Origin: Octopus sinensis
Taxonomy: Eukaryota
Length of the DNA: 64,000 bases
Assembly: GCF_006345805.1 (NCBI RefSeq)
Contig: NC_043015.1
Location: forward strand, 11,408,001-11,472,000
Reading direction: 5' to 3'
Shown: positions 41,239 to 53,427 of the stretch, in pieces
Numbering within the stretch: position 1 is the first letter of the stretch
Layout: the number at the start of each line of letters is the position of its first letter
The notes under the pieces: generated by a model
The model's database searches: none
The model's input: the letters and a program-made list of their open reading frames with translations, nothing else
Told to the model about the DNA's origin: nothing
Program-made: the position numbers and the translations under genes

Positions 41239-41644
41239 TACCTATTTCTTTATTGCCCACAAGGGGCAAACAAGGATAGACAAACGGATTAAATCTATTA
41301 CATCGACCCCAGTGCGTAACTGGTACTTATTTAATCGACCCCGAAAGGATGAAAGGCAAATTCGACCTCGGTGGAATTTGAACTCAGAACGTAACGGCAG
41401 ACGAAATTACCTATTTCTTTACTACCCACAAGGGGCTAAACACAGAGAGGACAAAAAAGGACAGACACACGGACTAAGTCGATTATATCGACTCCAGTGC
41501 GTAACTGGTACTTAATTTATCGACCCCGAAATTATGGAAGGCAAAGTCGGCCTCGGCGGAATTTGAACTCAGAACGTATGGGCAGACGAAATACCGCTAA
41601 GCATTTCGCCCGGCGTGCTAACGTCTCTGCCAGCTCGCCGCCTT
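41239..41644 (-). mobile_element. SINE family B dimer with one TSD
   Basis: One full unit with head plus one headless unit joined at gaaataggt|aatttcgtctgcc (~41408); TSD atgtgtgaccaa at 41227-41238 and 41645-41656. Confidence 0.9.
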
Positions 41645-43517
41645 ATGTGTGACCAACACCACTCCTGTATATACAATCTCAACTTTCTGCGTGTGGACGA
41701 GTGTATTTAGTAGAATGAAGTTGAAAGAAGCCTATGGTAAGTATATATTCGAGTGTGTGTTGGAGTGAGAGTCTGTATGTGTTTGTGAATGTGTATGTAT
41801 GTGTGTGAGTGTGTATGTGCATGTGTGTGTGTATGTGTGAGTAGAGTAATCAAAGCGTAAGGTAATCCAGTGTAACTCCAACAATAAGATACTCCAATGG
41901 ATAATCGGAAACACGTTTAGAAATGTGTGTGTGAGAGAAAGAGAGAGAATGGAATATACTTGCATCTTCTCTTCACGTTGCCCGATGGTTGTAAATATTC
42001 ATCTGCTTGGAAACTGTTGAGCCTTGTGGACAAGAACGGCACATGGCTACACTTCCTGCTTCAGTAAACTATGTCTGAACCAGGCAAGTGTGGAAAAGCG
42101 GAAGTTAAATGATGATGATACACTTCATAATTGCTCTTCTTTTGTTTTGTGTAAAGCAGTTTTGATCAATGACAATCCGACCGTGACCATTATCCAGCAG
42201 ATTATAATTACCAGCCAGTACCTTAACAAATGGGAAAGCACTTCAGGGCTTGAGACCTATTTATGAAATCCGGATGACCCCAATTTAAATGCCATTAATC
42301 ATAGAGCTGGCTAATCGATTCGAGATCAGCTGATGGTCACTTAAACAACTATAAACTACATGTATTCTGATATCTATCTTCAAACATATTTTCTTCCCTT
42401 TTAATTTAAAGAGACTAAAGAGTGATTTGAGAAGTTACTTGCTTACGAATAGGGATAGCCAATTACAGATCTAAACCAATTAGCGAAAACCTTGCAGCAG
42501 AAAGTTTTGACTGCTGTTTTCGCAGGCTGTGCATCAAACCAGTAATTCTGACTCTGGTTCGAATGTATTATTTAATTTGTTGCTATTCTTCGACTCTAGG
42601 CTATTCCAGATATTGCAAAACTATAACGTCAATTCTTTTGTGACTATTCCAAATTTTTAGGCAACTATTATTTTTGGAGACTGCATTATCTTTGGAGACT
42701 GTACTAAATTAAATTTTCGTTGTTTTTAGGATAGTCGGATATGATTCGAGAAAGATTTAGCCACTATTTCTCGCAACCACTTTTGGTTCGATGGTATAAT
42801 CGCCTTATTTCTCCTTATCATCAGGTCATTTCTAATACAGCTAGATGTTTTTTTATCAAAAACGTTCCTCTATAAGCCATACCGAAAGACTTACTTGGAA
42901 GACGACAGAGTAATTTGAGGGAGATTTAGCTACTGTTTCTATATGATCGTGCATAGGAACCTATATATAAGTTGCTGTTGCTGCTGTTGATTTTGTTATT
43001 ATTGAACTTCAGGACGGAGCTGATCCGTGATGAATGGCGATTTAGTTGTGATCATAATATTTTCATTTGAAAACAATAGTATGTTTATAACCATTATTCA
43101 AAAGCTCTTTTCTTTGTTATGAAAGTAGTTTGTAATTTCAGTGATATTTAGATGCCATTTCAACTGGATGGATTATCATGTAGAAGTGCTAAAAGCAGTT
43201 TGTAAAATTATGTAATTCTTATAAGGCAACGTTGTATTTACATTGTAATATGGAATGAATTCTTATGAACTGTGAATGGAAATTGTAGTTTAATCTTCCA
43301 GTTGCGGTTATATAAATAGAAACAGAACCACATTGTTACATATCTATCATCTAATTAAACAAACAGCTTTATACTGATATATATGTTCATATCTTGATGA
43401 AACAAGTATTACAATACCTGATCGCTCTATGTTTTAGAAATAGTGGCTAAATATCTTGTAAGTTAGAAGGTACTAGCTTACAATTATAGACTAAAGGCTT
43501 GGCTAAATAAAAAAAAT

Positions 43518-43841
43518 ACCACTTGTTCGTCAGGCTTCCTACTCCCCTGACTTGGCGCCATGTGTTTTTTGGCTCTTCTCAAAGCTCGAAAGAAAAAAAA
43601 ACACCCAAAAGAAGAAGATTTGAGTCAACAGAGGACATTAAGCAAAATTTGCCGGCACAGCTATACAACATCTCAGAAAATGATTTCCAGAAATGTTTCC
43701 AGTAACAGCAAGAACGCTGGCAGAAGTATGTTTACTTCCAAGGCGAATACACTGAAGGAGATATAATGAAAACACGGTGAGTTTTATTAATATAACTTGC
43801 TTTTTGACCAAATGTAGGATACTGTTTGACTACGCCTCATA
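43518..43841 (+). mobile_element. Mariner 3' fragment
   Basis: YSPDLAPC, RRFESTEDIKQN, DFQKCFQ*QQERWQK...GEYTEGD, followed by a TIR-like end ctgtttgactacgcctca|ta. Confidence 0.8.
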
Positions 43842-43971
43842 TCTTGAAGAATATTGCTTTTTAAAGGAGAGATCTTATAAAGGATACTCAGGAGCTGTAA
43901 GCCCTTATGATTAATTTATTTCCTTTTCCGTAAAACGAAAAATGCCTTCAATCCCTTAACAGGAATTACAA

Positions 43972-45120
43972 GGCGCCGAGCTGGCAGAAACGTTAGCACG
44001 CCGGGCAAAATATTTAGCGGTATTTTGTCGGTCGTTACGTTCTGATTTCAAATTCCGCCGAGGTTCACTTTGCCTTTCATCCTTTCGGGGTCGATAAATT
44101 AAGTACCAGTTACGCACTGGGGTCGATGTAATCGACTTAATACCTATGTCTGCCCTTGTTTGTCACCTCTGTGTTTAGCCCCTTGTGGGTAATAAAGAAA
44201 TAGGTATTTCGTCTGCCGTTACGTTCTGAGTTCAAATTCCGCCGAGGTTCACTTTCCCTTTCATCCTTTCGTGGTCGATAAATTAAGTACCAGTTACGCA
44301 CAGGGGTCGATGTAATCGACTTAATACTATGTCTGCCCTTGTTTGTCACCTCTGTGTTTAGCCCCTTGTGGGTAATAAAGAAATAGGTATTTCGTCTGCC
44401 GTTACGTTCTGAGTTCAAATTCCGCCGAGTTCACTTTCCTTTCATCCTTTCGTGGTCGATAAATTAAGTACCAGTTACGCACAGGGGTCGATGTAATCGA
44501 CTTAATACCTATGTCTGCCCTTGTTTGTCACCTCTGTGTTTAGCCCCTTGTGGGTAATAAAGAAATAGGTATTTCGTCTGCCGTTACGTTCTGAGTTCAA
44601 ATTCCGCCGAGGTTCACTTTCCCTTTCATCCTTTCGTGGTCGATAAATTAAGTACCAGTTACGCACAGGGGTCGATGTAATCAACTTAATACCTATGTCT
44701 GCCCTTGTTTGTCACCTCTGTGTTTAGCCCCTTGTGGGTAATAAAGAAATAGGTATTTCGTCTGCCGTTACGTTCTGAGTTCAAATTCCGCCGAGGTTCA
44801 CTTTCCCTTTCATCCTTTCGGGGTCGATAAATTAAGTACCAGTTACGCACTGGGGTCGATGTAATCGACTTAATACCTATGTCTGCCCTTGTTTGTCACC
44901 TCTGTGTTTAGCCCCTTGTGGGTAATAAAGAAATAGGTATTTCGTCTGCCGTTACGTTCTGAGTTCAAATTCCGCCGAGGTTCACTTTCCCTTTCATCCT
45001 TTCGGGGTCGATAAATTAAGTACCAGTTACGCACTGGGGTCGATGTAATCGACTTAATACCTATGTCTGTCCTTGTTTGTCCCCTCTATATTTAGCCCCT
45101 TGTGGACAATAAAGAAATAA
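43972..45120 (+). mobile_element. SINE family B hexamer: one head plus six 182-184-bp tandem bodies
   Basis: Unit starts at 44022, 44206, 44389, 44571, 44755, 44939; head ggcgccgagctggcagaaacgttagcacgccggg present only once. Confidence 0.95.
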
Positions 45121-45745
45121 GCAATGGCAGCATTCAGAATTGTGAATATTATAATGTTTAAAATCTATATTATTATATGATACAAACTGGGGCACATCGT
45201 ATCTGTTAATGCTATCTGTTGATCACTGTACATATTGCACTTCAAATATCTGTTTGGCGGTGGGTTTCTATAGGCACATTGGTTTTATCGAGAAGGAATT
45301 TTACTTTATTGCCATAATTTGTATACTTCACTTTTCTACTTAATTTCACATTATTTAAGAATTCATGAATATCAAGATTAAATGATGAAATAAAAGTTTA
45401 CGCTCTTATTTTGCACTCTGTCCTTATTTAATTTGCTTGAGTTAGCATATGTAATTTGCTCAGCTGAATTTCGAAATACGATTTAATAGAAACATCAAAC
45501 TCCTATAAACCTATCGGATAATAATTTCTTTTTTGTTACGCGAAAGATAACTCATGAAAAGAACATCAAACATTGATGTATTTAACCGATCTTACATTAT
45601 TTCTTCATTAACAACAATTTATAGCTACATTTCACTCGGTCAAGTGCTGTATTCTTCTCTCTCGCACGCACACACAGACACACACACACACATACTGACA
45701 CATGCAAATTTATACATACGTATATAAAAACACATAGAGATAGAT

Positions 45746-46668
45746 AAAGGTACTGGACAAAATAATGGAAACACCTTAAAATGTCCAAAAAAAATATTTT
45801 AATACCGGGTAGGACCGCCTTTTGGATCTTTTCGGTTTGAACGGCAGTTTTTAACATAATTTCTAGGTAGCTAAAAAAATTGAAACTTATATACTGGTAG
45901 AATGTGTTTATAAAACATCTCTTTCTCTCGGCTTTATTGAGAAAATTCTATAGTTTGTAAGATATTTCTTGTTTCTTTTTTTAATTCAATTTCTGCAATT
46001 TCAACCAATCACTGACGCCTGTTTTGTGCCGTATGAATATGTCCCTCGTTTAAGAAACAGATTGGGTTTATTTACATTTGTGAAGAAAAAAAGATACGCT
46101 TCCCCCACTCCTAACCCTAACCTTAAAACATATTGAAATGCAATAGATCGATACTAGAGTCATAATTATAGGTGACAATTTCATATGACACCGCTAGAAA
46201 AAAACTGCCGTTCAAACCGAAAAGATCCCCGCCTTTGGCAGTAATTACAGCTGGAATTCTACTAGACATGCAGTCGTGCAAAGTTTCAATTATTTTCAAA
46301 TTAAATTTTGTCAATTATTCAGCTAAAACAGTCTCCAGTCCTTCTAGTGATGATGGTGGAGGGTATCGACTCCTTACTTGTTTTTCTAAAATTCACCATA
46401 AATGTACAATAATATTGAGATCTGGAGACTGTGGTGGCCAGATAAGATGTTCAACTTCTCTAGAATGTTCCTCGTGCCAATTAGTAACAACTTTAGCTAT
46501 GTGTATTGGTACATTATCATCCTGAAAGATTGCGTTTCCCTCCGGAAGCAGTTCCGCAACCAGAGGATAAATGCGATCAGATAAACTGATTAAATAGTCT
46601 TTACTATTACTTCTGCCTCAAAGGGAAACCATTGGGATCGGTGTTTCCATTACTTAGTCCAACCCCTG
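45746..46668 (-). mobile_element. Internally deleted Tc1 element (interrupted by a MITE)
   Basis: TIRs tggacaaaataatggaaacacc / ggtgtttccattacttagtcca; minus-strand FQDDNVP, WPPQSPDLNII, IPAVITAKGG. Confidence 0.9.
45824..46228. mobile_element. 405-bp MITE with perfect 29-bp TIRs and 8-bp TSD
   Basis: TIR ggatcttttcggtttgaacggcagttttt; TSD ccgccttt at 45815-45822 (plus one extra T) and 46229-46236. Confidence 0.9.
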
Positions 46669-46701
<33 letters not shown>

Positions 46702-46702
46702 A

Positions 46703-46950
46703 TACTCTTTTACTCTTTTACTTGTTTCAGTCATTAAACTGTGGCCATGCTGGAGCACCGCCTTTAGTCGAGCAAATCGACTCCAGGACTTATTCTTTGT
46801 AAACCTAGTACTTATTCTATCGGTCTCCTTTGCCGAACCGCTAAGTTACGGGTACGTAAACACACCAGCATCGGTTGTCAAGCGATGTTGGGGGACAAAC
46901 ACAGACGCACAAACATACACTCTCTCTCTCACACACACACACACGCACAT

Positions 46951-46989
<39 letters not shown>

Positions 46990-47040
46990 CGACGGGCTTC
47001 TTTCAGTTTCCGTCTACCAAATTCGCTCACAAGGTTTCGG
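46703..47040 (-). mobile_element. SINE family A, 5'-truncated
   Basis: High identity to 23788-24060; tail with (AAAAGAGT) repeats. Confidence 0.9.
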
Positions 47041-48060
47041 TAGTAGAGGTCACTGGCTCAAGTTCGCTATTACCACTTACGTAATTGCCCGCAGCTCATC
47101 AGTATGATCGTCTTTGAAATATAATTTGCATAATTTAGTGTTAATAGCGAAAGTATTATAGCACAGTTACGGTTAATAGACTTCAAGTATTCCATTTTCT
47201 ATGAAGAACAATACACGTCTTCTACAAATTACAGATTACATTCAGGAAACAAAACAAGTGTGATCGCCACGGACGGAATGTAGGATCCCGATATTTCTTG
47301 TATTTTCTAGAATATAATGCTTTTTAACATATAAAAATAATAAGACAGTGCGCATAAAGTATCAGAGACATTATCCAAGTGGTGAAAGTAAGTAATATTT
47401 CGCTAAAAAGGACGTAAATGTAGACATAAAGTGCAAGCCTATCCTAGTGTTCCAAGAATTTTGTTAAAGGTTGTAGTTTTATATCGAAGTGTCAAGCTGA
47501 GAACTTTATTTGTTCGTCAATGAGAGTATCATATCAGTATATAGTTATTTCTGGTTTCATATTTGACAGTGGTTTTATTATGAAAGTCCAAGAATGTAAT
47601 ATTGAAATAGAAAGCTTAAGACAACTCAGCTGACGCCGTCCACCCAGCCCTGTTGTTTATGAATTTGACGAGTGTAAGATGTCGGCAGCTCATATTTATT
47701 TCTTGTTTTATTTTGTTATTGGTTTTGTTAGCTCATAAGAAATGTCAGAGACAAAAACTATGTAACTCTAAGAACGTAATATATGGAATAACAGCAAGAA
47801 AGCCAAAGATATTTTACGAATGTTATCCAAGAAGATTGTTTGTGTATATGGTTTACATTGTCTCACTGATTTGTCATTTGTCTGAGTTTGAAAAATCCCT
47901 AATTTACATCTAAAATGGAATTTGAGATACTCACCTTAAAATCATATTTTCTGGTTTATTACTGATTATATTTAATTTGAGTTTATCACTAAATACTTTA
48001 TACTTCAAAGCTTGTGTTTAATGTTATTTTTTATCTTTCAGATTTTATTTGTTTTCAACA

Positions 48061-48820
48061 ATGAGTGCAAGACAGTGCAAAAATGATCCAAACAGATTCT
48101 CTTATATCTGTGGGTAAATGACTTTTGCTAAAGAAAAGCGCAGTATTACACGCCATATCAAGAAAATATACAAGGTGTACATCGATTGTTAATTAGAAGA
48201 CCAGGATGATAAGTCATGGACCCCTCATATGTGTTGCCTTACATATGTGAAGACATGCAGGAAAAAATGCTCACATAAAGTTTGGTGTGCCAATGATTAG
48301 GCGTGAGCAGAGAGATCACTCTAATGATTTCTATTTCTGTCACCGTGACTACAGCAAAGAAAAAGAACACATTGTTTACCCAAATTTGCAATCAGCAATG
48401 CGCCTAGTAGAGCACTCAGAAAATTTACCTGTGCCCAAACCTCCAATTCAAGAAATGCAGAGTTCCAGCAGTACTGATGAACATTCCAGTAGTAAATGTG
48501 TGGTGCCCAATGATCCAGAAAGCGAGAATTAACCAATACCATTTTCTCAAGAGGCTCTAAATGGCCTGTACAGTGATCTCTATTTAGCCAAATTGAAAAG
48601 CGAGTTTCTGACTTCAGGAACGTAATCTTCTTGCGAAAAGAGCGAAGATAAAACTGTACAGAAAACGTACAGAGGATCTGCTTGAATTATTCACCATGAA
48701 GGATCACTGAACTTTTTGAGCAACTGGAAATACCATATGATAAAACCAAATGGCGACTTTTCATACATGCATCCTAGGAGAGCATCAAATCTGTTCTGCT
48801 ACACAATGGTAACACTCTGC
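48061..48820 (+). pseudogene. Decayed DNA-transposon protein of the CxNxPxxFCYICG / WREPxNHxxDCYFC type
   Basis: MSARQCKNDPNRFSYICG, KSWTPH, FGVPMIRREQRDHSNDFYFC, YPNLQSAMRLVEHSENLPVP, WRLFI, KSVLLHNGN. I recall this family being filed under TcMar-m44, which needs checking. Confidence 0.75.
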
Positions 48821-48859
48821 CTACTCTTGACACTTCGATATAAAACAACCTTTCACAAA

Positions 48860-48946
48860 AGATAGTTGCCGAATGAGCCATGCAGTGGAACTGAACCCGG
48901 AATCATTTGTTTGGGAACGAAGCTTCTTACCGCACAGTCACACCTA
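48860..48946 (-). mobile_element. SINE family A head fragment
   Basis: gccatgcagtggaactgaacccggaatc...gcttcttaccgcacagtcac. Confidence 0.65.
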
Positions 48947-48961
48947 AATACACACACATTG

Positions 48962-49250
48962 AAAACACCTAAAAGGTCCACGAGGCTCCGGTAGGGGATG
49001 GTGGTGATCCCTACTGTACTCTTTCACCACAACTTTCTCTTACTCTTACTTCCTGTTTCTGTTGTACCTGTATTTCAAGGGGCCGGCCTTGTCACTCTCT
49101 TTGTCACGCTGAATATCCCCGAGAACTACGTTAAGGGTGCACGTGTCTGTGGAGTGCTCAGCCACTTACACGTTAATTTCACGAGCAGGCTGTTCCGTTG
49201 ATTCGGATCAACCGGAACCCTCATCGACGTAACCGACGGAGTGCTTCCAT
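48962..49250 (+). mobile_element. SINE family C-related copy, 5'-truncated, with a different 3' part
   Basis: aaacacctaaaaggtccacgaggctccggtaggggatggtggtgatccct is shared with the element at 50939-51227. Confidence 0.65.
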
Positions 49251-49272
49251 CAATATCATCACACACATACAG

Positions 49273-49311
<39 letters not shown>

Positions 49312-50938
49312 GAAACAAACTTGGAGAAGAATTTATTTTGAGAATTATCAGATTTTTTTTATTCTGCTGTTTATATACGATAATTCTTAGTTCAAGGTTC
49401 TCAAGAATTACAGTATCAATAACAGATACTTAATAGAATTATCCAGAAAGTGAAAAAGTCAGAGAAACAAAACAGTATTCGATTGGGAAGTGATTGTGGG
49501 ATATATTGTGTGATGTGTAAAACATTGCGTTGATATGGCATTTGTTGTTGCACTTATTGTTGTTTAAGGTGACATCAGCTCGGATTGTGAAGGCTTATAC
49601 GTTGAGAATTTTACTGTTAGCAATAACCGTATGTTCTGAGCAGGAAGAGTGTCTAGTACCTATTAGGTTATTTTATGCAATATGTACCCCTTGCATTTAA
49701 GAGAGTAGCGTATGATTTAAGTCGTTTTTAGCTGCTATTATCCTGCACATCTGAAGTATTCACATGGCAATTTCCTCGGTGTCTCCTACTAATCAGTGTT
49801 TATAAACATGATATATTACTGTCACTGATTAAATTACCTCGATGTACGTAGTTAATACTGGAGAAATGTAGCAGTCTCAGTTTTAATACATGAATACATA
49901 TAGGTGATCTTTCATTCGAATGATGGCACGAGTTCCTACATTCAATGCCATAATTCGATAACCGTTTTTAAGCAACCTTGGTTAGGACAGTGATATAGAA
50001 ATGCTGCGAATGGAATTTACTCTAAATATATCCAACGGGGTGAAGATATATCAAACTGTGAATATTACAAGGAGTTTACTGAGGAAAATAAAATGAAGCC
50101 TTGCCCAAAACTAATACTGTAAATAGAATGCTTTCATTTCATTACCGTTTAAGAGAAAGGATTTATGATGTGTGAATTATCTTTTGGCTCGAAGTAGTAT
50201 GTCATTTTGTCTAAATATTCACATTCTGCCTCAGGAAGATGATTTCAGTCTGCCAAATTATGACCGATTCCTACAGAAATTGGAAATCCCTTAGTTTCGA
50301 ACAAGGAGTAAATATTAGATACAAAATAGATTTATGGAAGAGGTCGTGTATATGATAATGTTAACGATGCTGATGTTTTGAAACCAGAGGGAGATGTTGT
50401 CGATGCTGTAATATATTAACCAATGCCAAAATTATGGCGTATTTGTCTTCCAGAAAAGACTATTTCTGAACTCATGAATAAAAATGAAGTTATTCATACT
50501 GACAGCTACTTTCGAACGAAGGAAATTAAATCTTATCCAATCTTCCTCGTGTTCTAAAGAAATGTTGGGTAAAATATTGATAATGATAACTAATTATATG
50601 AAACATATGGTTGTGTATACTGACACCGATACAGACACATAGAAGCATATTTGTATAAAAGAGCGGGTGACCGGCATATATGAATTGGTTTGCGAACATA
50701 AAAAACATATGATTAATCTATAAGGCTTCCCATAAGTAGGACAACATTTAAAAGATTTATATTCGAAATACTTTTCAGGCGAACGAGACACGTGCAAAAG
50801 GTATACGTGTGTACGTGTACTTATACTATATATATATGTGGGTGTATATGCGTGGATGAGTTAGTTTTTATGTATATATAAATATAAGTATCTTTGTGCG
50901 TGTGTTTAAGTGTATACATACATACACACATACATATA

Positions 50939-51227
50939 TATCACCGTGATCACCGTGACCGACCAGGCTATCAGATGTTGTTACACATCTCTGGTCACAA
51001 TGCGCTTCGAATTGTTTTAGTCTTCAAATCACCCCAACCCGCTGGCTAAGCGAGAACGTTGTGGCGAAAAAGTACAGGAGGGATCGCCACCACCACCCCT
51101 TGCGGGAGCCTCGTGGATGTTTGGGTGTTTTCGGTCAATAAACACTCACAACGCCCGGTCTGGGAATCGAAACCGCGATCCTACGACTACGAGTCCGCTG
51201 CCCTAACCATTGGGCGACTGCGCCTCC
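50939..51227 (-). mobile_element. tRNA-derived SINE family C
   Basis: Head ggcgcagtcgcccaatggttagggcagcggactcgtagtcgtaggatcgcggtttcgattcccagaccggg with A and B boxes, continuing into a non-tRNA body and a (cacggtgat) repeat tail. Confidence 0.85.
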
Positions 51228-51232
51228 ACACA

Positions 51233-51298
<66 letters not shown>

Positions 51299-51698
51299 TC
51301 GTGTACACTTTTAAATTTAGCATATAATCATTAAATTATTTTATCATTAGCTAGGGTATAAAAAACCGACCATATCCGTAAAAATTAATTTTGGAGTACA
51401 TAATTATTAAAATAAAGTTAAAATTAAGGGCGCTGTATTCTCGCGTATAGGCGCTGACATTCCAGCCCCCTGAAATAAAATTATAATTCTATAATTATAC
51501 TATATATATATGCATGTGTGTGTGTACGCGCGCTTATGTGACTATATGTTATATATGCATTGTCACATATGCGTACACAGACAGGCACACACACACACAC
51601 ACGCACAAGCACATATGCATACATGCATGTATGCATACATACATATACACAGAAACACATAGAAATACATAAACACACACATACATACATACATACAT

Positions 51699-51739
<41 letters not shown>

Positions 51740-52091
51740 TACTCAGAGATTCCTTTAACATTAATAGGCACAAAAACAAGTAAGGAGTGTCCTTCGTAGT
51801 TGATATTTTCCATGTACGATCTGTCTCCACCTCCATGAATTCGTACGCAACGATTTCCGATGACCTCGATGTAATCTTCAATCAATTTCCCGCTACATCA
51901 GAAAATATGCCCTCATATAAAATACCTCAATTGACCGCCAACACTCAGAGATTCGAGAAGGGTTATTGTACTTCCTTGTCTTGCATGCTGCTGGCCTGTC
52001 GGAACATCTCGGATAGTCGCACTAAGTCAGGGGGACAACGAAACAACTTTGTGTATTGCAATACTTTTGGAAGATACTATCAAGTTCCTAA

Positions 52092-52131
<40 letters not shown>

Positions 52132-52134
<3 letters not shown>

Positions 52135-52329
52135 CGGGAAGGTTTACGAAAATAAACAAAAGACGAAGGCAGGTGGAGTACAAACAAACAAATGTATTAG
52201 TATGGCGCTCAGGAAAAGAAATAGAACAAGTCTTTTAAGTTTCGAGCCTACGCTCTTCGAGAGAAAGATACACAGAAAAAAACAAGGAGAGAAAAAAATG
52301 CGTGTAGGAGCTAACGATCTATTATGGCG
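52132..52329 (-). mobile_element. PLE terminal repeat family H3, solo copy
   Basis: Reverse complement aligns to 17063-17277. Confidence 0.85.
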
Positions 52330-52353
52330 TTATATATGTATTTATATATATAT

Positions 52354-52462
<109 letters not shown>

Positions 52463-52469
52463 ACCTTTA

Positions 52470-52666
52470 TTTTTTACTTGTTTCACTCATTTGACTGCGA
52501 CCAAGGTCGCTTTTTCAAAACTCCTAATTTACGGGGACATGAGACACCAAAACCGGTTGTCATGCAGTGGTGGAGGACACCCGCTCGATGTGCCACGCAG
52601 TGGGACTGAGCCGAGTACCTTGAGATTGAGAAGTAATCTTTTTACCACACAGCCACGAATGTGCCT
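52470..52666 (-). mobile_element. SINE family A, internally deleted and diverged
   Basis: Tail ttttacttgtttcactcatttgactgcg and head gccacgcagtgggactgag...ttaccacacagccacg. Confidence 0.7.
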
Positions 52667-52695
52667 ATATATATATATATATATATATGTATATG

Positions 52696-52735
<40 letters not shown>

Positions 52736-52784
52736 ATATATATATATATATTATATATACTTTATTTAAAGCAGCAGAACATTC

Positions 52785-52838
52785 AACAAAATCTGTTACT
52801 CTGAGTTTCTCGTTGCCGTTCATCAGACAGTTTTTGTT
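52785..52838 (-). ncRNA. Type I hammerhead ribozyme (family H4)
   Basis: aacaaaaactgt CTGATGA acg-gcaa-cga GAAAC tcaga GTA acagattttgtt. 12-bp helix I with one mismatch, intact core, A-A mismatch at 10.1/11.1. Confidence 0.75.
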
Positions 52839-52913
52839 AGAATATATATATACATATAAGAAATTAAAAAAGGAAAATACGCACACTTACATAGTTTTAA
52901 TATCATTTTTAAT

Positions 52914-52948
52914 ATATCGACCGGTTTCGCTATCGCTATTCATGATAT
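52914..52948 (-). ncRNA. Degenerate minimal hammerhead (family H5), probably inactive
   Basis: atatc ATGAATA gc-gata-gc GAAAC cg GTC gatat. Helices I-III pair, but the core has C3A and G8U substitutions. Confidence 0.5.
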
Positions 52949-53340
52949 TATGTTTTACTTATTTGAATATATATTTTTCTTAAAAAGAAATTTGATCCAT
53001 GTTGTGTGATGAAATTCACGAGTGAATGACTTCCCATGTAGATAAATAAAGGGAGGTAATTGGTTGTCGTTATTATTGTTATTTTTGTGGGTAAGGGAGA
53101 TAACTGTTGAGCTTTCGGTAATGGGTGGGGATTATATATGTGTACAGAACAGAGACAAGTTTCAAAAACCTTGTTTAGTAGGGGATTTTACGATTAAATC
53201 ACTGTACATAAATCTCCTACTAAACAAGGTTTTTGAAATTTTAAAATTATATATGTATATATATATAATATATATATATATATATTATTGGTGAATTGAA
53301 GAAATGGAGCTGAACGCAGATTGAACAGAAATCGTTTTAT

Positions 53341-53427
53341 TTCATTCTACACGTGTTTCGAAAGGCACAAATTACCAAAATCCGATTGAATAATGGGACC
53401 GTATTGTGTCTTTCTCTTCAGGAAGAA
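53341..53427 (-). ncRNA. Type I hammerhead ribozyme with extended helix II (H2), intact
   Basis: ttcttc CTGAAGA gaaagacacaa...ttgtgcctttc GAAAC acgt GTA gaatgaa; helix I TTCTTC/GAA(T)GAA. Confidence 0.8.

Noticed and set aside
43972-45120. CRISPR-like or satellite-encoded ORF interpretation of the 184-bp array
   Set aside because: Units are contiguous near-identical SINE bodies with no unique spacers and no cas genes, in a eukaryotic context; the repeated ORFs are incidental.
46105-46125. Interstitial telomeric repeat (cctaaccctaacc)
   Set aside because: Only about two units, internal to a MITE.
50330-50560. Protein-like frame YGRGRVYDNVNDADVLKPEGDVVDAVIY
   Set aside because: Short, interrupted by a stop, and no family recognised; cannot be supported as an exon.
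51150-51227. tRNA gene
   Set aside because: The tRNA-like A and B boxes run directly into a SINE body shared with another copy; no complete acceptor stem. The same applies to the heads at 13712, 24100 and 43972.
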